A stretch of DNA of 39,905 bases from an uncultured Clostridia bacterium (GTDB lineage: Bacteria; Bacillota; Clostridia; Christensenellales; UBA1242), in the NCBI GenBank assembly GCA_944372675.1, contig CALVZW010000003.1, forward strand, positions 1-39,905. The letters are read 5' to 3'. The notes under the pieces are model-generated. The model was given only the letters and a program-made list of their open reading frames with translations. It searched no databases and had not been told where the DNA came from. Numbering within the stretch: position 1 is the stretch's first letter; the number at the start of each line of letters is the position of its first letter. Below, piece by piece: positions 8,342-16,374 of this stretch. The position numbers and the translations under genes were made by a program.

Positions 8342-9493
8342 TTATTTGTTAAAAGAAAGAAAACCAAAACCCTCGCTATTTCTATCAAAAACAATTGGCG
8401 TACAATAATGTTGTAACATAGTTTTAATTTGATTAGGAGTAATTTTTCTATTGTATTTTTGAATAATTAAACAACTAACCCCCGCCACTAAAGGTGCACT
8501 TACACTCGTTCCACTCATTTTTGTATAATCAGTTTTATTTCCACAAGAAACCAAATTTACACCAGACACTACTAAATCAGGCTTGTAAAATTCAAATGCA
8601 GGGCCACGAGATGAAAATTCTGCTATTTTAAATTTTTCTTTTTGATATTCCCCATTTTCGTTCCTTTCATCATCTATTGACCCAACTGTAATAATTTTAC
8701 GACTAACTCCCGGTGATTTAATTGTGTTTTTTTCTGGTCCACTATTTCCAGCGGCAGCAACAACAACTATTCCGCTATCCCACAATTTTTCAGCCCCTTT
8801 CATAAGTGGGTCAAGTTTTGAAGTTGGCATAGCACCAAAACTCATGCACACTACATCAATATTATATTTTTCTTTATTATCGTAAATCCATTGCATTGCT
8901 TCAAGCATTTCAACTGAAGAAGATTGCCCATCATTATCAAGTGCCTTTAAAATTATTAGATTACATAAGGGTGCTACACCAGCATATTTTTTCGCGCCAA
9001 CTATTCCATTAGCCCCTATTAGTCCAGCAATGAAAGTCCCGTGTCCGTTATCGTCATATATTTCAGTTTTATTTTTATTAGTAAAATCTTTAAAATAAAT
9101 TATTCTATTGCTAGGAAACAAAAAATCTAAATGTGGACTTATTCCTGTATCAATTATGGCAACATTTATTTCTTTACCATAAATTCCGTTTTCATAAAAT
9201 GTTTTAACACCTATAATATCTTTTGCTACATTAACTTGTGCAAAGACTTTTGTTTGAGATGACACAAAATTTACAAAATTAGTTTTAGCAATGTTTTGTA
9301 AATCTTTAACATCAATTTCTATGCAAATAGCATTAATAAATTTATAAACTTTAACTAATCTATATTTTAATTTTTCAAAATATTCAATTGCCTTGTTAAT
9401 ATCCTTAACATATACAATTACAGATAATTTTGAAACATCGTTTTGCTGAGTTCTAACAATTTTACATAACAATTTATCTAATTTATTATTCAT
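8342..9493 (-). CDS. aprX: Intracellular subtilisin-family (S8) serine protease, AprX-like
   Basis: Catalytic triad IIDTG, NGHGT, SGTSVSAP; oxyanion AAGNSG; no signal peptide. Confidence 0.85.
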   Translation of the reverse strand: MNNKLDKLLCKIVRTQQNDVSKLSVIVYVKDINKAIEYFEKLKYRLVKVYKFINAICIEIDVKDLQNIAKTNFVNFVSSQTKVFAQVNVAKDIIGVKTFYENGIYGKEINVAIIDTGISPHLDFLFPSNRIIYFKDFTNKNKTEIYDDNGHGTFIAGLIGANGIVGAKKYAGVAPLCNLIILKALDNDGQSSSVEMLEAMQWIYDNKEKYNIDVVCMSFGAMPTSKLDPLMKGAEKLWDSGIVVVAAAGNSGPEKNTIKSPGVSRKIITVGSIDDERNENGEYQKEKFKIAEFSSRGPAFEFYKPDLVVSGVNLVSCGNKTDYTKMSGTSVSAPLVAGVSCLIIQKYNRKITPNQIKTMLQHYCTPIVFDRNSEGFGFLSFNK

Positions 9494-9507
9494 AATATCT
9501 CACTTTT

Positions 9508-9549
9508 CAAAATATGGTGTATTCTATTTAAATAATACACCATATTTTG
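9508..9549. repeat. Perfect 16-bp inverted repeat (terminator or mRNA processing/stability hairpin)
   Basis: CAAAATATGGTGTATT-10 nt-AATACACCATATTTTG between two co-oriented genes. Confidence 0.8.
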
Positions 9550-9870
9550 TTATTTTATTAAATTAATTAATTGCTCCATTTTTTGTCTTTGTTCCTCATT
9601 AAGCAATGGTTTAATCATTTCAGCCAACTTTTCAATTTCGTTCGGGTCAAAGGTTCCATTTCGTTTTTTCTCATTTATTATTTTAAATACTTCAGTTATT
9701 AACTCTGCTTCACTCATATTTTGAAACTTACCAATTAATTCTTCAATTTGGTCGCCATATTGCCATTTTAATTCATCCATAGCCTGTTTTTCTTCCTGCG
9801 AAAAATTATTATCTTGCGCTTTTTTGACAAAATCATTTACATTAGTTTTATTATAATCTTTAATATTCAT
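9550..9870 (-). CDS. Hypothetical small helical protein, possibly sporulation-related
   Basis: 106-aa ORF with AAGGAG RBS; amphipathic helical pattern; no family recognised. Confidence 0.75.
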   Translation of the reverse strand: MNIKDYNKTNVNDFVKKAQDNNFSQEEKQAMDELKWQYGDQIEELIGKFQNMSEAELITEVFKIINEKKRNGTFDPNEIEKLAEMIKPLLNEEQRQKMEQLINLIK

Positions 9871-9949
9871 TATTCACTCCTTATCCGCTTTGCGAACATT
9901 ATATAATATGCATTCATAAAATATTTTGACAAAAATTGAGAGGTGAAGA

Positions 9950-10270
9950 ATGAATAATATTGAAAATTTATTTAGCGTTATTAAATCTTTTTTACCTGTT
10001 GCTGACAATTATTTAAAAAATTCTCCTCTTGAACCATATTTACCGCAAATACAAAACATTGTTTCTACCATAGACTCATTAGGTGGGATTGACAATATTA
10101 ATTCAATACTAAAGCCATTTTTAAATTTAAATCAAAATAAAAATCAAAATAATTTAAACACAGTAGACAACAATATGAATGCCACCACAAATAACATTGA
10201 AATTAGCAATGCAATTACTTTTAACAAAAATAAAACACCAATAGATTATTATAAAAAAATAGAAAACTAA
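9950..10270 (+). CDS. Hypothetical Asn-rich protein
   Basis: 106-aa ORF with GAGGTG RBS; no family recognised. Confidence 0.7.
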   Translation: MNNIENLFSVIKSFLPVADNYLKNSPLEPYLPQIQNIVSTIDSLGGIDNINSILKPFLNLNQNKNQNNLNTVDNNMNATTNNIEISNAITFNKNKTPIDYYKKIEN

Positions 10271-10288
10271 ATACTAAGTTTTTTACGC

Positions 10289-10846
10289 CTAAAATCTACT
10301 TTCAAATCTCGTTTTATATCTGTCAACATTTTTTAAAACTTTTTCAGCATAAGCATTAGTTTCTTTGTATGGGGTAGTTATTAAAACTTTATTATCAACT
10401 GAATATGCATTATTGCTTAACCAATTTCTAACAATTCCTTCCCCTGCATTATAGGCACACAACACTGTATAATCATTATCAAATCTATCCATAAGATATC
10501 TTAAATAAAATGTGCCCATATTAATATTAAATTGCGGTTCATATAATTTATTCACAGTATAATCACTAATACCCATTCTAACTGCAAGCCATTCTGCTGT
10601 ACTTGGCATAATTTGCATTAAACCAATTGCTCCGCTTGGTGATTCACATAAATTATCAAAACTGCTTTCTTCATTGATGACACTTGCAATAAATGCAGGT
10701 TCAACATCATATATATATCCCGCTGTATTAATTTCATCTACAAATTTTAGCGGATATAAGACATTGATGTAAGTTATGTAAACAATTATTGAACTAAACA
10801 ATACAATGCTTGATAAAATAATAGACAAGCCCTTAATTTTATTCAT
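10289..10846 (-). CDS. Membrane-anchored lytic transglycosylase (SLT domain)
   Basis: INEESSF, GAIGLMQIMPSTA, NINMGTFYL, AYNAGEG, PYKETNAY motifs. Confidence 0.92.
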   Translation of the reverse strand: MNKIKGLSIILSSIVLFSSIIVYITYINVLYPLKFVDEINTAGYIYDVEPAFIASVINEESSFDNLCESPSGAIGLMQIMPSTAEWLAVRMGISDYTVNKLYEPQFNINMGTFYLRYLMDRFDNDYTVLCAYNAGEGIVRNWLSNNAYSVDNKVLITTPYKETNAYAEKVLKNVDRYKTRFESRF

Positions 10847-10851
10847 AATTT

Positions 10852-10879
10852 ATTGTATGTCATTTTTATTTAATTATAC
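10852..10879 (-). promoter_or_regulatory. sigmaE-type promoter of the SLT gene
   Basis: GTATA-15-CATACAAT on the minus strand; the -10 matches the sigmaE consensus. Confidence 0.55.
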
Positions 10880-10896
10880 TTTATATTTAATATATA

Positions 10897-10925
10897 GAAT
10901 AATCAAAGATTTTTACACATAAAAT
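10897..10925 (+). promoter_or_regulatory. sigmaE-type promoter of ylbJ
   Basis: GAATA-16-CATAAAAT; ylbJ is sigmaE-controlled in B. subtilis. Confidence 0.55.
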
Positions 10926-10930
10926 TTTAT

Positions 10931-11956
10931 ATGATAAAAATTGAAGTAAACAAACGCAAAATTAAAGGTTATAAAACAATGATTTTTTGTTCAATTTTTC
11001 TTGTTATAACCATAATTTTTTTAATAGTAAATCCTAACAAATATATAAACTCAGCATTTAATGGAATTTTAATTTGGGCAAAAGCAGTTTTACCTGCCCT
11101 TTTCCCTTTCTTTTTCATAACAAAATTGTTAACTGAATTAGGCGGAGTAAAAATATTAGCAAACTCTATGCACAAGTTTATGCAAAAAGTATTTCATGTT
11201 AATGGTATTGGAAGTTATGTATTTTTAACAAGCATTATGAGTGGATATCCGGTTGGAGCAAAAATTACGAGTGAACTGTATGAAAAACAAATGATTACTT
11301 CAAGCGAAGCAAAAAGATTAGTTACTTTTACATCAACTTCAGGCCCACTTTTTATAATAGGTACTGTTGGAGTTGGTATGTTTGCAAGTACAACAATGGG
11401 TTTTATTGTACTTATTTCTCATTTTCTTGGTGCATTTTGTAATGGATTATTATATCGCAATTATAATTACGATAAATCAAAACAATCACAACACAATTCT
11501 CATAAATTTCAATTTAATGGCATTAGTGAAAACATACTTGAAAAATCAATGATTAGTGCAATTAATTCAGTTTTAGTTGTTGGTGGATACATTGCAATAT
11601 TTTTTATTTTGATAGACATATTTAGTGATGTTGGAATAATAAAAATATTATCTGCAATTTTTAATTCAATTTTATCAATTTTTAACATTTCATCACAATA
11701 TGCTAATGGTTTATCAACTGGTTTTTTAGAAATGACAAGAGGTTGCTATGAAATTTCAACAATATTTACTGATTTACAAATTGCTACAGTTTTAGTAACT
11801 TTCATAATAACATTTGGCGGATTATCTACGCACTTACAAGCAATGACATTTTTACAAAAATGCAACATAAAAATATCTTTTTTCTTAAAACAAAAAATGA
11901 CACACGCGTTGTGTGCGTGCATCATATCAATATTTTTAACAATGATATTTATGTAA
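10931..11956 (+). CDS. ylbJ: Sporulation integral membrane protein YlbJ
   Basis: VLPALFPFF, SGYPVGAK, SGPLFIIGTVG, GFLEMTRG, FGGLSTHLQ. Confidence 0.9.
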   Translation: MIKIEVNKRKIKGYKTMIFCSIFLVITIIFLIVNPNKYINSAFNGILIWAKAVLPALFPFFFITKLLTELGGVKILANSMHKFMQKVFHVNGIGSYVFLTSIMSGYPVGAKITSELYEKQMITSSEAKRLVTFTSTSGPLFIIGTVGVGMFASTTMGFIVLISHFLGAFCNGLLYRNYNYDKSKQSQHNSHKFQFNGISENILEKSMISAINSVLVVGGYIAIFFILIDIFSDVGIIKILSAIFNSILSIFNISSQYANGLSTGFLEMTRGCYEISTIFTDLQIATVLVTFIITFGGLSTHLQAMTFLQKCNIKISFFLKQKMTHALCACIISIFLTMIFM

Positions 11957-11993
11957 AGTTAAATAAATATAATACAAAATAAATCTTTAACAA

Positions 11994-12725
11994 TTAAATT
12001 TCATCCCATACTTCATAAAGGCGGTCATAGATACCCCTTAAAGATTTTATTTTTCCTATTTCGTTTAACAAAACTTGAGCCATAGCAATTATAAGTGTCC
12101 TATTTTTTAATTTAATTGCTTCTTTTAATGCTTTATTATAAAATTTAATTTCATTCCCCTTGTCTTCTTTTATTTTGTAATCAGAATCCACTACCCTTTC
12201 CATATCAAGACAAATTTCGTCTAATCTAGAAACATAACTGTCAACGCTATGTTCTTCATCATCTTCATTTAGATTTTCATCGTCATTATTAGTATCGATT
12301 TGAATATTTTTCGCATTTTCTAAATAAAGCATAGCATTACGAAATGGCAAAATAAAATAATGTCCAAAGTTTTTGTATATATCATTAATTGTTCCATCAT
12401 AAACAAAGTGTTTACTTGTAAATGCCTCATAATCTATTTTATTTAAAGCAATTTGTTGTAAAATTAAATAACAAAGAGCTACAATTTTTTCATTTTCTTT
12501 AGGCATTACAAAATTTTTAGGTTTATTTTGTCCTGCCGAAATTGCAATACCAAGTTCAGTGGTAAAATCAAAGTTTGCAATGCATTTTTTTACAACTTCT
12601 CTTAAAGAATCATCATTATTTATACTTTCTAATAATTTAATTATATTATTACCCATCATAATATATTTTGCATCTATAAAATTATTACAAAGCATAACAA
12701 AAGGTCTTTGTTCTTTTGTCTCCAT
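11994..12725 (-). CDS. Hypothetical protein
   Basis: 243-aa ORF, GAGGTG RBS, upstream TTGTAA-17-TATAAT promoter; no family recognised. Confidence 0.8.
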   Translation of the reverse strand: METKEQRPFVMLCNNFIDAKYIMMGNNIIKLLESINNDDSLREVVKKCIANFDFTTELGIAISAGQNKPKNFVMPKENEKIVALCYLILQQIALNKIDYEAFTSKHFVYDGTINDIYKNFGHYFILPFRNAMLYLENAKNIQIDTNNDDENLNEDDEEHSVDSYVSRLDEICLDMERVVDSDYKIKEDKGNEIKFYNKALKEAIKLKNRTLIIAMAQVLLNEIGKIKSLRGIYDRLYEVWDEI

Positions 12726-12864
12726 TTTTTCACCTCAAACATTGCAATTATATCACAAATTAAAATATATTACAAATAAATTTAATATCAACTATTAAAA
12801 CAGTTGGCAAAATTCAAAAATTATGGTAGAATATGCTAATAAATTCTATAAGGAGGCGTCTTAC

Positions 12865-13410
12865 TTGAGTACACAGTTTGTCCCTGACGAAACAGAAAAT
12901 AAATTAATTTTATTATTCATACTCGACAAAATGGAAATACCTTTAACAGAAAATTCCATTATGGATATTGCAACAAGCAGAAACAACTGGCTTTCTTATA
13001 TGGATTGTAAAGATATTTTATGGCAGTTAGTACAAGCGAAATTTATTTATTTTGAGCAAAACCCTAACAACAAAGATGATGGACTTTATTCTATCACATC
13101 AGAAGGACGCGATTGTTTATCGCACTTCTTTGCAAAAATACCACAATCTATTCGTGAAGATATTGCCGATTTTTGCAAACAAAATCGTATAATCTTTAAA
13201 CGCGTACAAGAATATGTTTCTGACTATCATAAAAACAATGATGGTTCGCATACAATAGTTTTAAAAATTAATAGTCCAAAAGGTTTTCAACCAATTTTAA
13301 AAATACAGTTAAAAGTTGACACAAGAAGAAGTGCAATTAATGCCTGCAAAAAGTGGCAAGACAAAGCACCAATAATATATGAGAAAATATTAGAAGATTT
13401 ACTTGATTAG
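12865..13410 (+). CDS. DUF4364 family protein (winged-helix-like)
   Basis: ENKLILLFILDKMEIPLT, YSITSEG, AINACKKW...APIIY. TTG 12865 follows AAGGAGG; promoter TTGGCA-17-TAGAAT overlaps the longer ORF start. Confidence 0.8.
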   Translation: MSTQFVPDETENKLILLFILDKMEIPLTENSIMDIATSRNNWLSYMDCKDILWQLVQAKFIYFEQNPNNKDDGLYSITSEGRDCLSHFFAKIPQSIREDIADFCKQNRIIFKRVQEYVSDYHKNNDGSHTIVLKINSPKGFQPILKIQLKVDTRRSAINACKKWQDKAPIIYEKILEDLLD

Positions 13411-13420
13411 GAGGACACTT

Positions 13421-13789
13421 ATGACAACAAATAATAAGCAACAATATTACACGCCACAGGGGATATGTTACAACCAATTTGTTTTAAACTTCGACATAGA
13501 TGAAAATAATGATTTGATTTGCCGTGATGTTAGAACTTTAGGTGTTGGATGTAAAGGAATGATTTCAACATTAAATTATATGATTGCTAATCGTAAAGCA
13601 AAGGAAGTTGCAAATGAACTTGAACAATTCCAAATATGTAAAAACAACACTTCTTGTGCGTTGGAATTAGCAAAAGCCCTTAAAGAAGCAGTCTTAGTAC
13701 ATAGCGGTGCAGACATTTCTCAATTACACACAAAAAGGAAGCCCCCAATTACAAGTATTGGGTTATCAATACAATCTAAAAAACAATAA
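13421..13789 (+). CDS. TIGR03905/TSCPD-domain 4-Cys protein (divergent)
   Basis: YTPQGIC...GVGCKG...IC..NTSCALELAKAL resembles the GxC..GGC..C..TSCPDQLA pattern; AGGAGG RBS before ATG 13421; usual neighbour of DUF4364. Confidence 0.7.
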   Translation: MTTNNKQQYYTPQGICYNQFVLNFDIDENNDLICRDVRTLGVGCKGMISTLNYMIANRKAKEVANELEQFQICKNNTSCALELAKALKEAVLVHSGADISQLHTKRKPPITSIGLSIQSKKQ

Positions 13790-13819
13790 ATACAAATTCT
13801 TAAATAATCATACAATGCA

Positions 13820-13856
13820 AAAAAACTACTAATTCAAATTTTATTAGTAGTTTTTT
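13820..13856. terminator. Bidirectional intrinsic terminator
   Basis: AAAAAACTACTAAT / ATTAGTAGTTTTTT between convergent genes. Confidence 0.8.
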
Positions 13857-13859
13857 ATT

Positions 13860-14849
13860 TTACGCGACTAATTTTGAAGCGACTTTTTGGGCAATTGTAT
13901 TGTCTACAACTTTAGAAAAAGGAACATCTTTTGTTAATTCTCCAGCATTTCTAATAATATTTAACAAGTTTTGATATGCACTTTCTTTCATTACAGGAGT
14001 ATCAACCCAAGCATCAATTGCCTTGTAACTTTCAATTGCGTTTTTAATTGATGTTCTAGTACTACCTGTAAATGACGGCATTAAAGAATCTACAACATCA
14101 TCAATTGAAGCAGTCATAAGGAATTCATAACCTTTAAATACTGCAGTTAAAAAACTTTCCGCTTTGTCGCTGTTTTTCTTTAACCAACTTGAAGTTGCCA
14201 TAAAAGCAGTATATGGAACTTCCCCACTTTCCAATCCAATTGAAGCAACTTGATAACCTTTTCCTGCTGCTATATAATCGCTTGCAGTAGGTTCAAACAT
14301 TGTACAGTAATCACCAGTACCATTTTCAAAAGCACTTACCATTAAATCAAATGCAACATCAAGATTAACATTTGCAGTTTCACCTAATCCATTTTGGTCT
14401 AATACATATTGTAAAGTCATTGCAGGCATACCTCCTCGGCGTCCACCTAAAATTTCTTTACCGGCTAGGTTAGACCATTGAAAATCGGGTTCTGCTTCTC
14501 TACCAATTAATAAAGTACCATCTCTTTTAGTAAGCTGACCAAAAATTATTGGTTGCTCAGTACTTTCTTGTGCAGCAACATAAACAGCAGTTTCTGGGCC
14601 TAATAAAGCTACTTGTGCTTGCCCCGAAATTAATGCAGTCATTGATTTATCTGACCCGCCACCATTTATTAACTCTATCTCAATGCCTTCATCTTCGAAA
14701 TAACCATTATTTATGGCTATGTATAATGGCGCATAAAAGATACTATGGGTTACTTCGTTCAATTTAATTTTATTTTCTGAATTTCCACAACCACTAAATG
14801 CTAATACAATTACCAAAGCAATAGTTATAATTATATTCGTTGCTTTCAT
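13860..14849 (-). CDS. NMT1/THI5-like ABC substrate-binding lipoprotein (YtlA-like)
   Basis: Lipobox-like AFSGC; LNEVTHSIFYAPLYIA, GQLTKRDG, GGRRGGMP, FEPTAS, VPYTAF. Confidence 0.88.
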   Translation of the reverse strand: MKATNIIITIALVIVLAFSGCGNSENKIKLNEVTHSIFYAPLYIAINNGYFEDEGIEIELINGGGSDKSMTALISGQAQVALLGPETAVYVAAQESTEQPIIFGQLTKRDGTLLIGREAEPDFQWSNLAGKEILGGRRGGMPAMTLQYVLDQNGLGETANVNLDVAFDLMVSAFENGTGDYCTMFEPTASDYIAAGKGYQVASIGLESGEVPYTAFMATSSWLKKNSDKAESFLTAVFKGYEFLMTASIDDVVDSLMPSFTGSTRTSIKNAIESYKAIDAWVDTPVMKESAYQNLLNIIRNAGELTKDVPFSKVVDNTIAQKVASKLVA

Positions 14850-14968
14850 ATTTCCTCCAAAAATAATTTGTATAAATTATATTTATACATTTCAATATAT
14901 TCTTTTATTTTAACTTTGGTGAATATTTATGATTTTTTTTAAAGTTTTAAGTAATTATATGTAATTAA

Positions 14969-14997
14969 TTGTAAAAAAATATTTAATATGTTATAAT
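14969..14997 (+). promoter_or_regulatory. sigmaA-type promoter of pgsA
   Basis: TTGTAA-17-TATAAT with TG extension. Confidence 0.65.
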
Positions 14998-15013
14998 TAA
15001 ACGAAGGTGAAAT

Positions 15014-15661
15014 ATGAATATAAAACAAGTGCCAAATATTCTTAGTTTTATAAGGCTCTTTCTCGTACCGATATTTATAATATCTTTTTTTGTAATTGAT
15101 AAGTATGTTGCACTAGGTGTTTTTATAATAGCGTCAATTACAGATGTTGTTGATGGATATATAGCAAGACATTTTAATGCAATGACTGAGTTTGGTAAAA
15201 TATTAGACCCTTTTGCTGATAAATTAATGAAAATGGCTGCATTAATTTCGCTTACTATAGTTAACTTAATTCCAATATGGGTAACTGTTTTAATGATTAC
15301 TTGCGATTTGGCGATGATTATAAGCGGACTTTGCATATATAAAAAGAAAATAACAATACAAAGCAATTGGATTGGAAAAGCAGGAACTTTTATTATTAGT
15401 TTAGGCGTAGTTTTGAGTTTCTTTACTGAATGGATTGGAGAAGTAAATGTTTATGTGATTTATGCCGGAATTACTGTTGCTGTAGTTGCAGGACTTGATT
15501 ATGTTTACATTTTCTTTAATAAGAAAATTAATCGCAAACAAAAACACGATAAATCTACGCAAGATAAAACTACTTTAAATATTAACGAATTAAATAATCT
15601 AAATAAAACTGAATTATTAAGTAGCAATGAGAATTTAGAAGAAACAAAAGATATAAAATAA
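15014..15661 (+). CDS. pgsA: CDP-alcohol phosphatidyltransferase (PgsA-like)
   Basis: PNILSFIR; DVVDGYIAR...FGKILDPFADK signature. Confidence 0.85.
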   Translation: MNIKQVPNILSFIRLFLVPIFIISFFVIDKYVALGVFIIASITDVVDGYIARHFNAMTEFGKILDPFADKLMKMAALISLTIVNLIPIWVTVLMITCDLAMIISGLCIYKKKITIQSNWIGKAGTFIISLGVVLSFFTEWIGEVNVYVIYAGITVAVVAGLDYVYIFFNKKINRKQKHDKSTQDKTTLNINELNNLNKTELLSSNENLEETKDIK

Positions 15662-15798
15662 ATATTTTTAAAAGTATCTAAAATAATTTTATAATTTAAC
15701 TTTTATTTAATCTAACTTTTTAAAGAAATTATATTTTAATTAAATTAAACAAATAATTTATAGCATTAAAATTGTACATATCATTTTAAATAAAATTA

Positions 15799-15827
15799 TT
15801 GACAATAGTATTTACTTATGGTATAAT
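15799..15827 (+). promoter_or_regulatory. Consensus sigmaA promoter
   Basis: TTGACA-17-TATAAT with TG extended -10. Confidence 0.8.
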
Positions 15828-15843
15828 AATTACGAGGTAAATT

Positions 15844-16095
15844 ATGTTAAATTCATTAATTTTAGGTGTTACTTTTGGCGAATGGATATCAACTTGGTAC
15901 CACATTATAGCAATTATTTTGATAGTAATTGGCATTGCTATGTACATACTATCTAAAAGAATGACTATGGTTATAAAAAAATGTGATAAAGTTGAAGCCA
16001 ACGATAAGTTAATGACTACAATAAGAATTATTGCACTTGTCATATTTGTCATAGGTATCATACTATTTTGTTTGCCACCTAAAGGCTTCGAATGA
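15844..16095 (+). CDS. Small two-helix membrane protein
   Basis: 83 aa, two hydrophobic segments, GAGGT RBS, consensus promoter upstream. Confidence 0.75.
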   Translation: MLNSLILGVTFGEWISTWYHIIAIILIVIGIAMYILSKRMTMVIKKCDKVEANDKLMTTIRIIALVIFVIGIILFCLPPKGFE

Positions 16096-16116
16096 TTGTA
16101 CATCTTTGTACAATTT

Positions 16117-16192
16117 GCTCCCATCGTCTAGTGGTCTAGGACACTAGCCTCTCACGCTGGCAACACGGGTTCGACCCCCGTTGGGAGTACCA
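16117..16192 (+). tRNA. tRNA-Glu (anticodon CTC)
   Basis: Acceptor GCTCCCA/TGGGAGT, D-loop AGTGGTCTA, anticodon arm CTAGC-CTCTCAC-GCTGG, T-loop GTTCGAC, encoded CCA. Confidence 0.96.
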
Positions 16193-16193
16193 C

Positions 16194-16228
16194 AAAAAAA
16201 TTCTTAATTTATATTAAGAATTTTTTTT
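16194..16228. terminator. Intrinsic terminator after tRNA (probably bidirectional)
   Basis: AAAAAAATTCTTAAT / ATTAAGAATTTTTTTT. Confidence 0.75.
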
Positions 16229-16307
16229 ATACTAAAATTTTTATAAATTAATACAACAAACTTAACCTTTAAACTCATTTATTTATAATTTTATTTTGAA
16301 ATTTTAA

Positions 16308-16339
16308 TTAGTAAAGTATTAATTTTGTTACTTTACTAA
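16308..16339. repeat. 11-bp inverted repeat downstream of spoIIIAE
   Basis: TTAGTAAAGTA-10 nt-TACTTTACTAA. Confidence 0.6.
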
Positions 16340-16374
16340 AATGCTAATTTTTTATAAAACATTATGTAACTTAA

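Noticed and set aside
14983-16124. Minus-strand ORFs 14983-15366 and 15816-16124
   Set aside because: They overlap pgsA, the small membrane gene and the tRNA, all of which have promoters or RBSs on the + strand.
16117-16374. tRNA as attachment site of an integrated element
   Set aside because: No integrase and no duplicate of the tRNA 3' end seen in the window.
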